From Candidatus Nanoarchaeia archaeon (GTDB taxonomy: Archaea > Nanobdellota > Nanobdellia > SCGC-AAA011-G17 > JACPNG01), in NCBI GenBank assembly GCA_028713535.1, contig JAQTOC010000002.1, positions 9,090-73,089 on the forward strand: a stretch of DNA of 64,000 nucleotides, written 5' to 3'. Of this stretch, positions 49,446 through 58,597 are shown piece after piece. The notes beneath the pieces were generated by a model. That model was given only the letters and a program-made list of their open reading frames with translations. It was not told the origin of the DNA and did not search any database. Positions within the stretch are counted from its first letter, which is position 1. Each line of letters begins with the position of its first letter. The position numbers and the translations under genes were made by a program.

Positions 49446-50253
49446 TCTTGTCTGCAGGTTTCATATCTTTCCATGCAACCTCAAACAAGTTGTTTAATGC
49501 AGAAGCAAAGAAAGGAGTATTTATCCACACACCAACATCATAAGTTGGGTGGACGCTTGAATCATCAAGGACCATAAACACCAAGTCCTTGTCGTCAACA
49601 ATGCAGAATCTCGCATTGATGCTTTTTGAATCCCTTATCTCTGCGACTTTCATTAAATCTTTTATGATTGGAATAGTCTCTTTTGTTATTGGGGCAGCAA
49701 TCTTTATCATTACCCCTTTTTTCTTTAATTTTTCCATCTCAGGTTTTAATGCATCGAACTTTCTTAGCAATCCTTTTGAGGAAGTCATAAATGTTACAGA
49801 CCTTTCAGCATTTTTTATCATTAATTCCATGTGTGTATAAATATTATGTCTGCCTCTTAGTGCTCCAGACAAATCTGAAGGTTCTACAAATTCAATTCCA
49901 TCCTTGTGTAAAGAAGTAAGTTCTTTTAAAACAGGAGTTCCTTTCAAACCATCAAGTTTTTTAACATTTTCTTCTGCTAGTACTTTTACATTTTTCTTAA
50001 CTCTGTCTACAACTTCAGAAGGATCGACAGCCAAATATTTTATTGGTTTGCCTAATTTCATGACAACAAATCCTTTTTTCTCTAAGGACTCTAGAACATC
50101 ATATGCTCTTGATCTTGGAACATTCCCAATCTCTGATAGTTCCCCTGCAGTTGAAATTCCTCTTGAGAGGAGTGCTGTCCAAATCCTTGCTTCGTACAAA
50201 TTTAAGTTAAATGCTCTTCGAAGCTTGCTCAAAAACTCTTCCTTAACAATCAT
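49429..50253 (-). CDS. trmB: TrmB-family regulator/chromatin protein (TrmBL2-like)
   Basis: LNLYEA..W.ALL, VPRSRAYDVL.SLE.KGF; GGAGG RBS before ATG at 50253. Confidence 0.88.
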   Translation of the reverse strand: MIVKEEFLSKLRRAFNLNLYEARIWTALLSRGISTAGELSEIGNVPRSRAYDVLESLEKKGFVVMKLGKPIKYLAVDPSEVVDRVKKNVKVLAEENVKKLDGLKGTPVLKELTSLHKDGIEFVEPSDLSGALRGRHNIYTHMELMIKNAERSVTFMTSSKGLLRKFDALKPEMEKLKKKGVMIKIAAPITKETIPIIKDLMKVAEIRDSKSINARFCIVDDKDLVFMVLDDSSVHPTYDVGVWINTPFFASALNNLFEVAWKDMKPADKITPKA

Positions 50254-50422
50254 TAACCATCTTCCTCCTGGTATGAACCTCTTTTGTTTAACCACTCTTA
50301 AGATTAAAAGGTGGTTCTTAACTTTGAGTTAATACAACTTTATGATTATTTAGTAAAAATGAGAGTATATAAACATTTTTATTTTTTAATCTTTATTTTT
50401 ACAATTTACCACTTTGAAATTA

Positions 50423-52183
50423 CTATATTAGAGACTTATTTTGTTTATTATATATTCTTTTTACATCGTCGATGTTATTGATGTCATTAATGGATTTGTC
50501 ATATCTTATCCTCGTTACTCGTGGGAACCTTAATGCATATCCTGAATTATATGTTGGAGACCTTTGTATTTCTTCATAGTTGACTTCAACAACAATTTTT
50601 GGTTTTAATTCTACAACACTTCCCTTTTCCTTTATTATGTTTGGCTTTAGCATTTTTGTTAATGATACAAATGTTAATTCTGAATCTTTTTCTTTTATTC
50701 CTGTCCCAACTCTTCCAATCTCTAAGAATTTATCTTTTTCTTTGCATGATAAAATAAACGAGCTGAACATCGATGTTCTTTTCCCTTCTCCCCATTGCGC
50801 ACCGGTTATTGCTAAATCAAGTGGCTCTTTGATTGGTTTTAGTTTTAACCAGCCCTTGACATGTCTTCCAGGAAGATATTCCTTGTCGAGTTTTTTTGCC
50901 ATTAGTCCTTCATTGCCCATCTTTAAGGACTCTTTGTAGAACTCCTCAACTTTTTTCTTATCCTTTGTTATTAATGCCTTTGTTATTATTATTTTTTGTT
51001 TTTCTGGTTTTATTATTTTTTTAACTAAGTTTCTTCTCTCTGTTTGTTTTAAGTCCATTAAATTTTTTCCGTTTAATAACATAATGTCAAACACATTAAT
51101 TTCAACCGGGAATTTCTTTGCCATTTCCTCAATATTATGTTTTCTTTTTATTCTCTGTGATATAGACTGGAATGGCCTTGGCCTTTTTGTTTTTGGGTCA
51201 TAGCCCATTAATTCAGTGTCAATTATGTAGGAGTCAGCGTTAGTATGTTTTTCAAGTACAGGAATGAGTTCCTTGAACTGGTTTGTCACATCCTCAAGCC
51301 TTCTCGTATAAATCTTATATTTATTCTTGCCAATTTTATGGATCTGTCCTCTGAATCCATCCAGTTTGTATTCCCATAAAATTTCTTCATCTCCAAGTTC
51401 GTCATAAGCCTCTTTTATTGTGTCTATTTTTATTGCAAGCATGGGATTGATTGGTTTTTCAAGCCCGATTTTTATTTTGCCTAACGAACTAAGCCCGTTT
51501 TCTTTCAATGAGAGGGCAACATCCCCAAAATCATTTGAAAGATTGTATGCGTGCTGGACTTTTTCAACCAGTTCATTGTATTCTTCTCTCGAGCATTTAA
51601 GTATGATTTCTTCTTTTTCTTTGTCATATGAAACCCTGTCTGGGAAAAATGCCCAGATCAATGAATCTCTTATCGTCCCCTCTGCTACACCAATTCTCAG
51701 GATTTCAAGCAAAGTCCTTGTAATATATTTTGCTTCTAAGGGCGTTGCGTTCGAGAATAATTCAGATATTAACTGGATTCTTCTGTTTACAGTCCCTGCT
51801 CCCTGCATATCAGCCAGCTTTGAAATGTTTTCAAAAACTTTTTTGACTGTTAATCTCTGGCTTGTTAATTTGCTTTGCTTGTTTTCTTTTATAAGTTCTT
51901 CAGCAACAATTCCAAGATCTCCTTTTTTCTTGAATAAATTCTCAATTTTTTCTGGTGAGACTCCTGTTGTTTGGGCAAGAGCTTTTATTGCAATCTTTGA
52001 AGAAACACCAATTTTTCTTTCATCGTAAATTGGAAAGACTCTCCCTCTCAAGAGATATGCTAATTCCCTTAAGGAGTCTTTTGTTGTTTTTTTAATCAGA
52101 GCTGCTAAAATCTCAGTTTTTTCAAGTCTCTTTGAAGTTTTCTCAAGATCATCATAACATCTAGCCAGTTCAAGATAATCCAT
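50423..52183 (-). CDS. lig: ATP-dependent DNA ligase
   Basis: EYKLDGFR, FDIM, EGLMAK, WLKLK, ALRFPR. Confidence 0.95.
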   Translation of the reverse strand: MDYLELARCYDDLEKTSKRLEKTEILAALIKKTTKDSLRELAYLLRGRVFPIYDERKIGVSSKIAIKALAQTTGVSPEKIENLFKKKGDLGIVAEELIKENKQSKLTSQRLTVKKVFENISKLADMQGAGTVNRRIQLISELFSNATPLEAKYITRTLLEILRIGVAEGTIRDSLIWAFFPDRVSYDKEKEEIILKCSREEYNELVEKVQHAYNLSNDFGDVALSLKENGLSSLGKIKIGLEKPINPMLAIKIDTIKEAYDELGDEEILWEYKLDGFRGQIHKIGKNKYKIYTRRLEDVTNQFKELIPVLEKHTNADSYIIDTELMGYDPKTKRPRPFQSISQRIKRKHNIEEMAKKFPVEINVFDIMLLNGKNLMDLKQTERRNLVKKIIKPEKQKIIITKALITKDKKKVEEFYKESLKMGNEGLMAKKLDKEYLPGRHVKGWLKLKPIKEPLDLAITGAQWGEGKRTSMFSSFILSCKEKDKFLEIGRVGTGIKEKDSELTFVSLTKMLKPNIIKEKGSVVELKPKIVVEVNYEEIQRSPTYNSGYALRFPRVTRIRYDKSINDINNIDDVKRIYNKQNKSLI

Positions 52184-52221
52184 AAAGGTTATAAATAACA
52201 GGATACATTTAAAGTTTTTGT

Positions 52222-52893
52222 ATGGAACTATCAAAAGCAATGAGGGAAAGGCGTTCTGTTAGAACGTTTAAACTTAAGCAGATAGATCTACAGGATATTT
52301 ATGAAGCCTTTGACGATGCAAGGTTTGCTCCAAGCTCGGGAAATATCCAGAACTGGAGAGTCATGATTATAAGAGAAGAAGAAAAAATAAAAGATGTTGC
52401 AGTTGCATGTGTAAGGCAAAAATGGATTACAGAAGCGCCAGTTGTTTTGGTTGTATGCAACGAACCAGACGACGTAATAAGAGTTTATGGCGAAAAAGGA
52501 GAGATTTATGCTTTGGAAAATGTTTGTTTCTTCACTCAGAATCTTATTTTATCCCTTTATGCAAGAGGTCTTGGCAGTTGTATAGTTGGTAGTTTTGATA
52601 AGGTTGCAATTAAAAGAATTATAAAATGTCCTGAAACCATGCAGCCCTTGTTTGTTATCCCTGTTGGTATTTCAAATGAGATAAAAAAAGTTCCAAAAAG
52701 GGATGAAGTAGAGGATTTTATTTACTTTGCAGCAGGAAGGTGGGGCCTTGCAAGAAAATGGCGTGACAGAGACCCGGCAATTGATACAGACCTTACAAGA
52801 ATGAAGGAGAGCTTTGATAAAAAAAGAAAAAGATTTTTCGAAAAAGTTTCTGCCTTGTTCAAGAAAAAACAAGAAGTTAAAAAACAAGAATAA
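52222..52893 (+). CDS. nitroreductase family protein
   Basis: RRSVR, APSSGNIQNW, GLGSC. Confidence 0.88.
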   Translation: MELSKAMRERRSVRTFKLKQIDLQDIYEAFDDARFAPSSGNIQNWRVMIIREEEKIKDVAVACVRQKWITEAPVVLVVCNEPDDVIRVYGEKGEIYALENVCFFTQNLILSLYARGLGSCIVGSFDKVAIKRIIKCPETMQPLFVIPVGISNEIKKVPKRDEVEDFIYFAAGRWGLARKWRDRDPAIDTDLTRMKESFDKKRKRFFEKVSALFKKKQEVKKQE

Positions 52894-52920
52894 ATTCTAA
52901 ATTTTCCCCAATTAAAAAAT

Positions 52921-52952
52921 AAAAAAGCCGGTGCCAATAATCTCGCACCAGC
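52921..52952 (-). terminator. intrinsic-terminator-like hairpin downstream of ftsZ
   Basis: Minus strand GCTGGTGC...GCACCGGC followed by TTTTTT. Confidence 0.55.
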
Positions 52953-53003
52953 AAGATTTAGGTAAGGGCAATAAAACTTAGGGGGATTTAATGCCCTTAA
53001 GCA

Positions 53004-54074
53004 TTAATGTACCAGGTCAATCCCTAATTCATTGCTAAGATGCTTTGCTTTAGAGCTTGACTTCCCTTTTACCGATTTCCCAAGTATGTATGGTGAGTTA
53101 ACTCCAGTAATTATTGTCATTACCCTTAGTCTTCCTTTCATTTCCTTGGAAATTCTTGCACCCCATATTACGTTAGCATCTGCATCTAGTGCCTCTGTGA
53201 TTTGGTCACCAACCTGGCTTACTTCATCCAAGGTCAAGTCTTCCCCGCCCGAGATGTGTATTAAGGCTCCTGTTGCACCCTCGTAGCTTACATCTAGTAA
53301 TGGGTTTGTCAAAGCTCTTCTTACAGCTTCTTCTACCCTGTGGCTAGAGTCAGATTCTCCAATACCAATAACAGATACGTCTCCATTAGCCATGATTGCC
53401 TTTACGTCAGCGTAATCAAGGTTAACTAATGAAGGAACTGCAATAGTCTCTACAATACCCTTAATCATAGTGCTCATCAATTCGTTAGCTACTGCAAATG
53501 CCTGCTCTATTGGTAGGTTCCCAGCAATTTGGACTAGCCTGTTGTTGTCTATAACTATAACAGTATCTGATACTTCTCTTAGCTGTTGCAATCCAAATTC
53601 AGCCTTGTCAATTCTTGCTCTTTCTATGTCGAATGGCATTGTAACTGTTCCAATAACGATTGCGCCTACATCCTTTGCCATCTGGGCTACTACTGGTGCG
53701 CTTCCTGTTCCAGTTCCTCCACCCATTCCAGCACATATAAAGACCATATCAGATCCTTTGATCAATTCTCTTAATTCTTGTAAGGATTCTTTTGCAGCGT
53801 CTCTTCCAACGTTTGGATATCCACCTGCACCAAGTCCCTTTGTTAAGTCTCTACCGATAAGAATTTTTCTGTCTGCCTCAACTATGTCAAGGTGTTGTTT
53901 GTCTGTGTTTATGGCAGCAATCTCAGCTCCCTGGATGCCTTTCTTGAACAACCAGTTTGTAGTGTTAGATCCTCCACCACCGCATCCAATAACTTTGATG
54001 TTTGCCTGTCCAACCCCTGAGGTTGGCATTATGTCTTTGTGTGTTTCAATTGCACTTTGAACGATAAAATCCAT
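53004..54074 (-). CDS. ftsZ: cell division protein FtsZ
   Basis: GCGGGGSN, GMGGGTGTG tubulin signature, NLDYAD. Confidence 0.97.
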   Translation of the reverse strand: MDFIVQSAIETHKDIMPTSGVGQANIKVIGCGGGGSNTTNWLFKKGIQGAEIAAINTDKQHLDIVEADRKILIGRDLTKGLGAGGYPNVGRDAAKESLQELRELIKGSDMVFICAGMGGGTGTGSAPVVAQMAKDVGAIVIGTVTMPFDIERARIDKAEFGLQQLREVSDTVIVIDNNRLVQIAGNLPIEQAFAVANELMSTMIKGIVETIAVPSLVNLDYADVKAIMANGDVSVIGIGESDSSHRVEEAVRRALTNPLLDVSYEGATGALIHISGGEDLTLDEVSQVGDQITEALDADANVIWGARISKEMKGRLRVMTIITGVNSPYILGKSVKGKSSSKAKHLSNELGIDLVH

Positions 54075-54447
54075 TTTCTCTTTTCCCCCATTTTGTTTTT
54101 TATTACCTATTACCCAAAACCGTAAAGTTTATATTTGAGTAATGATTATGTTTTTCTTAGAAATAGTTTAACTTGCCCAAGTTGACTGTTTCAAATGTAC
54201 ATACCGATAAATAGGAACGATACGCCCGAAGTTCCAAAAACGCCCAAAATCAGCCTTATTGCCCAATAAGCTGAATAAACTTGGAACTTTATTCTATCTT
54301 TTTTATTATTAATTGTCTTTTTAAATGACAGTTTAGTATATAAATATTTTTTATAATCAATATATATATTGAATAATATAGTTATACAACATATAGTTTA
54401 AATAATATAAATTATTTTTAAGAAAATTCATTTGTCATATTCATATC

Positions 54448-55719
54448 ATGACAAAAAAATATAATATTTTAGATAAAATTGAAGTTTTTTTAGAGGATCA
54501 GTCTTATATTGGAATAGTTATGCCAAACTCTGATTCAAAAACTTTGTTTCTGAAACTAGGCTCAGGGTATAATATTGGAATTGATGTCAAAAAAATAAAA
54601 ACTCTGAAATTAATCAAGAAAAAAACTGAGATAAAAACAGCAGCAAAAAAAACCCCCCATAACAAAGACCTCCCAATGATATCTGTGTTGCATACAGGAG
54701 GAACAATTGCCTCAAAGGTGGACTATGAAACTGGCGGGGTTGTTTCAAGGTTTGAGCCAGAAGAATTGATTTCCATGTTTCCAGAGTTAAATAAAATTGC
54801 AAATATTGAAAGTGTTTTTGTTTCCAATGTTTTTTCTGAAAATTTAAGGTTCAAAGACTATGAAAAAATAGCAAAGGCAATAGAAGCAGAAATAAAAAAA
54901 GGAGTAAAAGGGATTATAATCGGCCACGGAACAGATACCTTGCATTACACCTCTGCTGCATTGGCATTTATGTTTGATAATTTACAACTACCAGTTATCC
55001 TTGTTGGTGCGCAAAGATCCAGTGATAGGGGGAGTTCTGATGCTGCCCTTAATCTGATTAACGCCGCTTATTTTATTGCAAATACCAATTTTAAGGGCAT
55101 AGGGATATGCATGCATAAAGACTTGGATGATGAAACCTGTTTTATACTGCCTCCGACCAAGACAAGAAAGTTACACAGTTCTAGAAGGGATGCATTTAAA
55201 GTTGTTAACGATACACCTATTGCAGAAGTTAATTATTCTAAAAATAAATTTGTCATGTTAAGAAAAATGGAATCTGAGCAGGGTGCATGGAAATTAAGGT
55301 CAAACTTTGAATCAAAGGTTGGAATCCTGAAAGTTTATCCAAACTTGAATGCTAAACAAATCGAAAGTTTCAAAGGATACAAAGGGCTTGTCATTGAAGG
55401 GACTGGATTGGGGCATATTGCAATAGATAACTCTCCTGAAAACAAAAAAATATTTGCTTCATTAAAAAACCTTGCTAAAACTTGTGTTGTTGTTATGGCC
55501 TCTCAATGCTTGTTTGGCAGAGTTAATCTTAATGTTTATTCAACTGGCAGGGAGCTGCAGAATATTGGAGTTATTTCCGGAGAGGACATGACCCCAGAAA
55601 CAGCATATATTAAATTGGCTTGGTTGCTTGGTAATTATAAAAAAGAAGAAGTTAAGCAGATGATTTCTAAGAACCTTAAAGGTGAAATAAACAAGAGAAT
55701 TGGAACCGAGTTCTTATAG
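54448..55719 (+). CDS. gatD: Glu-tRNA(Gln) amidotransferase subunit D
   Basis: KLGSGYNIG, TGGTIAS, HGTDT, GAQRSSDR. Confidence 0.95.
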   Translation: MTKKYNILDKIEVFLEDQSYIGIVMPNSDSKTLFLKLGSGYNIGIDVKKIKTLKLIKKKTEIKTAAKKTPHNKDLPMISVLHTGGTIASKVDYETGGVVSRFEPEELISMFPELNKIANIESVFVSNVFSENLRFKDYEKIAKAIEAEIKKGVKGIIIGHGTDTLHYTSAALAFMFDNLQLPVILVGAQRSSDRGSSDAALNLINAAYFIANTNFKGIGICMHKDLDDETCFILPPTKTRKLHSSRRDAFKVVNDTPIAEVNYSKNKFVMLRKMESEQGAWKLRSNFESKVGILKVYPNLNAKQIESFKGYKGLVIEGTGLGHIAIDNSPENKKIFASLKNLAKTCVVVMASQCLFGRVNLNVYSTGRELQNIGVISGEDMTPETAYIKLAWLLGNYKKEEVKQMISKNLKGEINKRIGTEFL

Positions 55720-55750
55720 TACAAGTATATACTTGAGGATGATAAAGAAT

Positions 55751-55777
55751 GCCCAAATCTTATTTTAAGACTTGGGC
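55751..55777 (-). terminator. hairpin after orphan operon
   Basis: Minus strand GCCCAAGTCTTA-AAA-TAAGATTTGGGC. Confidence 0.45.
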
Positions 55778-55801
55778 TTGGTAAATCTTCTTTAAGGTTT
55801 C

Positions 55802-56371
55802 TTAATGGCATTTGAATGAATCAAACGCCAACTTGTAACCAGGATAACTTGGGTCTTCTTCCATGTTAAACCCCGGCAAGGAAGATGATCCTTTTTGCCA
55901 CCCCGCAGTCGAGGTTAGCAAAAATAAATTCCTGCTCTTGTCACAGTACCATACGACAGTTGATCCAATCAGCTCATTCTTAAAAAACCTTAACCCCCAC
56001 GCTATATGTCCGGAGGGGGTGTTGTAATTTTGTGGTTCTATTCGATAAAAGTTCTCGGTTTTTTCTAGACTAGTAATATACTCCATAAACAGATTCTTAA
56101 GTTCAAGGTTAGAAAGAGCATCGCTTGAGAACAACGCAACAACAAGGCTTGTCTCGTTTTCCTCATTAGATAGGACAACGGCCTCGAGGAATTTAATTTG
56201 TTCATTTTTAAATCTGAACGTTTCAACCCCTTCTTTTACTTCCATGTCTTCAGGGTATTCAAAAGAAACCCCCCAAGTTTCATAGATTTTTGTATCAGGG
56301 AGTTCCTGACTTTTCATTATGGGAAAACTCAAGAACGTCCACAGAAGCATTACGAGAATTTTTTTAATCAT
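55802..56371 (-). CDS. secreted orphan protein (possibly PsbP/Mog1-like)
   Basis: Signal peptide, Y..WGVSFEYP; GAAAGGA RBS. Confidence 0.55.
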   Translation of the reverse strand: MIKKILVMLLWTFLSFPIMKSQELPDTKIYETWGVSFEYPEDMEVKEGVETFRFKNEQIKFLEAVVLSNEENETSLVVALFSSDALSNLELKNLFMEYITSLEKTENFYRIEPQNYNTPSGHIAWGLRFFKNELIGSTVVWYCDKSRNLFLLTSTAGWQKGSSSLPGFNMEEDPSYPGYKLAFDSFKCH

Positions 56372-56432
56372 AAGTATCCTTTCATTTTAATATGTAAATC
56401 TTCCTTCACAAGAATTTGGTTTGCTGCTAAAT

Positions 56433-56810
56433 TCAAATTGAATTATTTCTGGCTCTACAGCGATCGCATACGAATTTTCCATCGCTCGTAGTTATTACCA
56501 TGTCCAATGGAAGTATATCTTCGTCTTTAGTGATGCGACTAAACCAGTTGATGTTTTTATTCCCACAGCCTGGTACCGGACATTTAATTTTTTCTTTTGG
56601 CCGGTTCCTTATCGCATGAATTAAGTAATGGAAGTATGCACAGTAGACGATAAATCCACAAACCAACCAAACAATCACGCGCAACCATAAAGGTGAAACA
56701 TTCAGAAGAGCCAGATAGACAGCCACTCCAAGCCACACTAAAGACCAGAGATAAGGTTTGAGAATCTGCCCAAACTCCGGTTTTTCTTTTCTTTCTTCTA
56801 AATTTTTCAT
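56433..56810 (-). CDS. two-TM protein with C-terminal Zn-finger-like Cys pairs
   Basis: CPVPGC...CDRC. Confidence 0.55.
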   Translation of the reverse strand: MKNLEERKEKPEFGQILKPYLWSLVWLGVAVYLALLNVSPLWLRVIVWLVCGFIVYCAYFHYLIHAIRNRPKEKIKCPVPGCGNKNINWFSRITKDEDILPLDMVITTSDGKFVCDRCRARNNSI

Positions 56811-57010
56811 TGGTCCCTCCTTAAAATATTAGAAGTTATAACCAAAATCGAAACTGTTCCAAAACCAAGGTAAACAACAAACCCTACTGATTGAATAGAA
56901 ATGGTTGAGCTTTTGATGAAAACCACGAATCCGATGATTGAAATCAAAAGCAAAATAATCCCTTCAATCAGACCAAGTTCTCCTAACTGTTTTTTAAGAA
57001 CCTTAAACAT
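56807..57010 (-). CDS. small two-TM protein
   Basis: GGAGG RBS; ATGA coupling to the next ORF. Confidence 0.55.
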   Translation of the reverse strand: MFKVLKKQLGELGLIEGIILLLISIIGFVVFIKSSTISIQSVGFVVYLGFGTVSILVITSNILRRDQ

Positions 57011-57181
57011 GAGAACCTCCGCCTTTTTCCAGCCATTCTAGAAAATAAAGCACAGTCAAGACTGAGAGCCTCTTTTTCCAAAATAGCTTTGTTAAAATTA
57101 TGGGTTTTATAGTCTATCGCTTATTTATAAACCTAACTAAAAAACTCAACTTTTATAAATCAAAAAATAACCTTAACTGTA

Positions 57182-58597
57182 ATGGTTGATTATAAAGAAC
57201 TTGGATTTAAGGCCGGGCTGGAGATTCACCAGCAGATTGAAGGCAGAAAATTATTCTGTCATTGTCCTGCTTTAGTTAATGATGATAATCTCTCTGATGT
57301 TAAGTTCAAAAGAAAACTAAGGGCGATAGCCGGTGAGACTGGAAAAGTTGACAAGGCAGCAGAATTTGAAATGTCAAAAGACAAGGAAGTTTTCTATGAA
57401 GCCTGCTCATCTTCATCTTGTTTGGTTGAATATGATGAAGAGCCACCTCACGAATTGAATAAAGAAGCTTTAGAGGTTGCTTTGCAGATTGCTTTGCTGA
57501 TGAACTGCAAAGTTGTTGATAAGATTCAGTTTATGAGAAAAACAGTGATAGACGGAAGCAACGTGTCTGGTTTTCAAAGGACAGCATTAATCGGAAATGA
57601 TGGTTTTATTGAAACAAACAAAGGAAAGGTAAAAATTGAAACCATCTGTTTGGAGGAAGAAGCTGCTAAAAAAATAAAAGAAGAGGAAAATAAGATCACT
57701 TACAGGTTAGACCGGCTTGGGGTTGGTCTTATAGAAATTGCCACCTCTCCAGATATAAGAGATCCAGAGCATGCAAAAGAAGTAGCCTCAATAATAGGCA
57801 TGATGCTAAGGTCAACCGGGAGAGTGAAACGAGGTATTGGTTCAATAAGGCAGGATGTTAATGTCAGCATAAAAGGCCATGAGCGAGTTGAGATAAAAGG
57901 GTTTCAGGACTTAAGAAATATCCCAAAGACAATTGAAAACGAGATTCACAGGCAGTTAAAAAGTAAAGATGAAAAGTCTCATGTTAGAAAAGTAAATCCA
58001 GACTTTACTACATCTTACTTAAGGCCAATGCCTGGCTCATCCAGGATGTACCCAGAGACTGACATTGAAATAATTACAATAACAAATAAGCTTCTTGATT
58101 CTATTGAGCTTCCTGAGCTGATTTCTGAAAGAGCATTGGCATTGAAGAACAAGTATAATCTTAATGAAGATATTTCCAGGGAATTAGTCAAGCTTGAGGT
58201 TGATTTTGAAAGCTATGTAAATGAGTTTTCAAAAATTAAGCCGGATTTTATTGCCAATGTTCTTGTTGAGACTAAAAAAGATATTCTTGCAAGGTACAAA
58301 AAAGAAGTTACATTTGAAATGGTCAAAAATGCTCTCAGTTATTATAATGAAAATAAGATTGCCAAGGATGCAGTCTATGAAGTCTTGGTTGATTTTGCAG
58401 TTAACGGAACTGTAAATCTTAAGAAATATGAAAAAGCAGATGAATCTGAGATTGAAAATGATATTAAGCATATTGTTTCCAAGAACAAGGACCTTTCTTT
58501 CAGTGCATTAATGGGCGACATAATGAAAAAATACAAGGGAAAGATTGACGGTAAAAAAGCGTCTGAGTTATTAAAGAAGTATTTAAACGCTAAATAA
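57182..58597 (+). CDS. gatE: Glu-tRNA(Gln) amidotransferase subunit E (short form)
   Basis: GLEIHQQ, KLFC.C, MRK.VIDGSN.SGFQRT, RQDVNVSI, RMYPETD. Confidence 0.93.
   Translation: MVDYKELGFKAGLEIHQQIEGRKLFCHCPALVNDDNLSDVKFKRKLRAIAGETGKVDKAAEFEMSKDKEVFYEACSSSSCLVEYDEEPPHELNKEALEVALQIALLMNCKVVDKIQFMRKTVIDGSNVSGFQRTALIGNDGFIETNKGKVKIETICLEEEAAKKIKEEENKITYRLDRLGVGLIEIATSPDIRDPEHAKEVASIIGMMLRSTGRVKRGIGSIRQDVNVSIKGHERVEIKGFQDLRNIPKTIENEIHRQLKSKDEKSHVRKVNPDFTTSYLRPMPGSSRMYPETDIEIITITNKLLDSIELPELISERALALKNKYNLNEDISRELVKLEVDFESYVNEFSKIKPDFIANVLVETKKDILARYKKEVTFEMVKNALSYYNENKIAKDAVYEVLVDFAVNGTVNLKKYEKADESEIENDIKHIVSKNKDLSFSALMGDIMKKYKGKIDGKKASELLKKYLNAK

Noticed and set aside
54075..54330. cdrS-like ribbon-helix-helix ORF upstream of ftsZ
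   Set aside because: No open frame of suitable length with a start and RBS was found by eye
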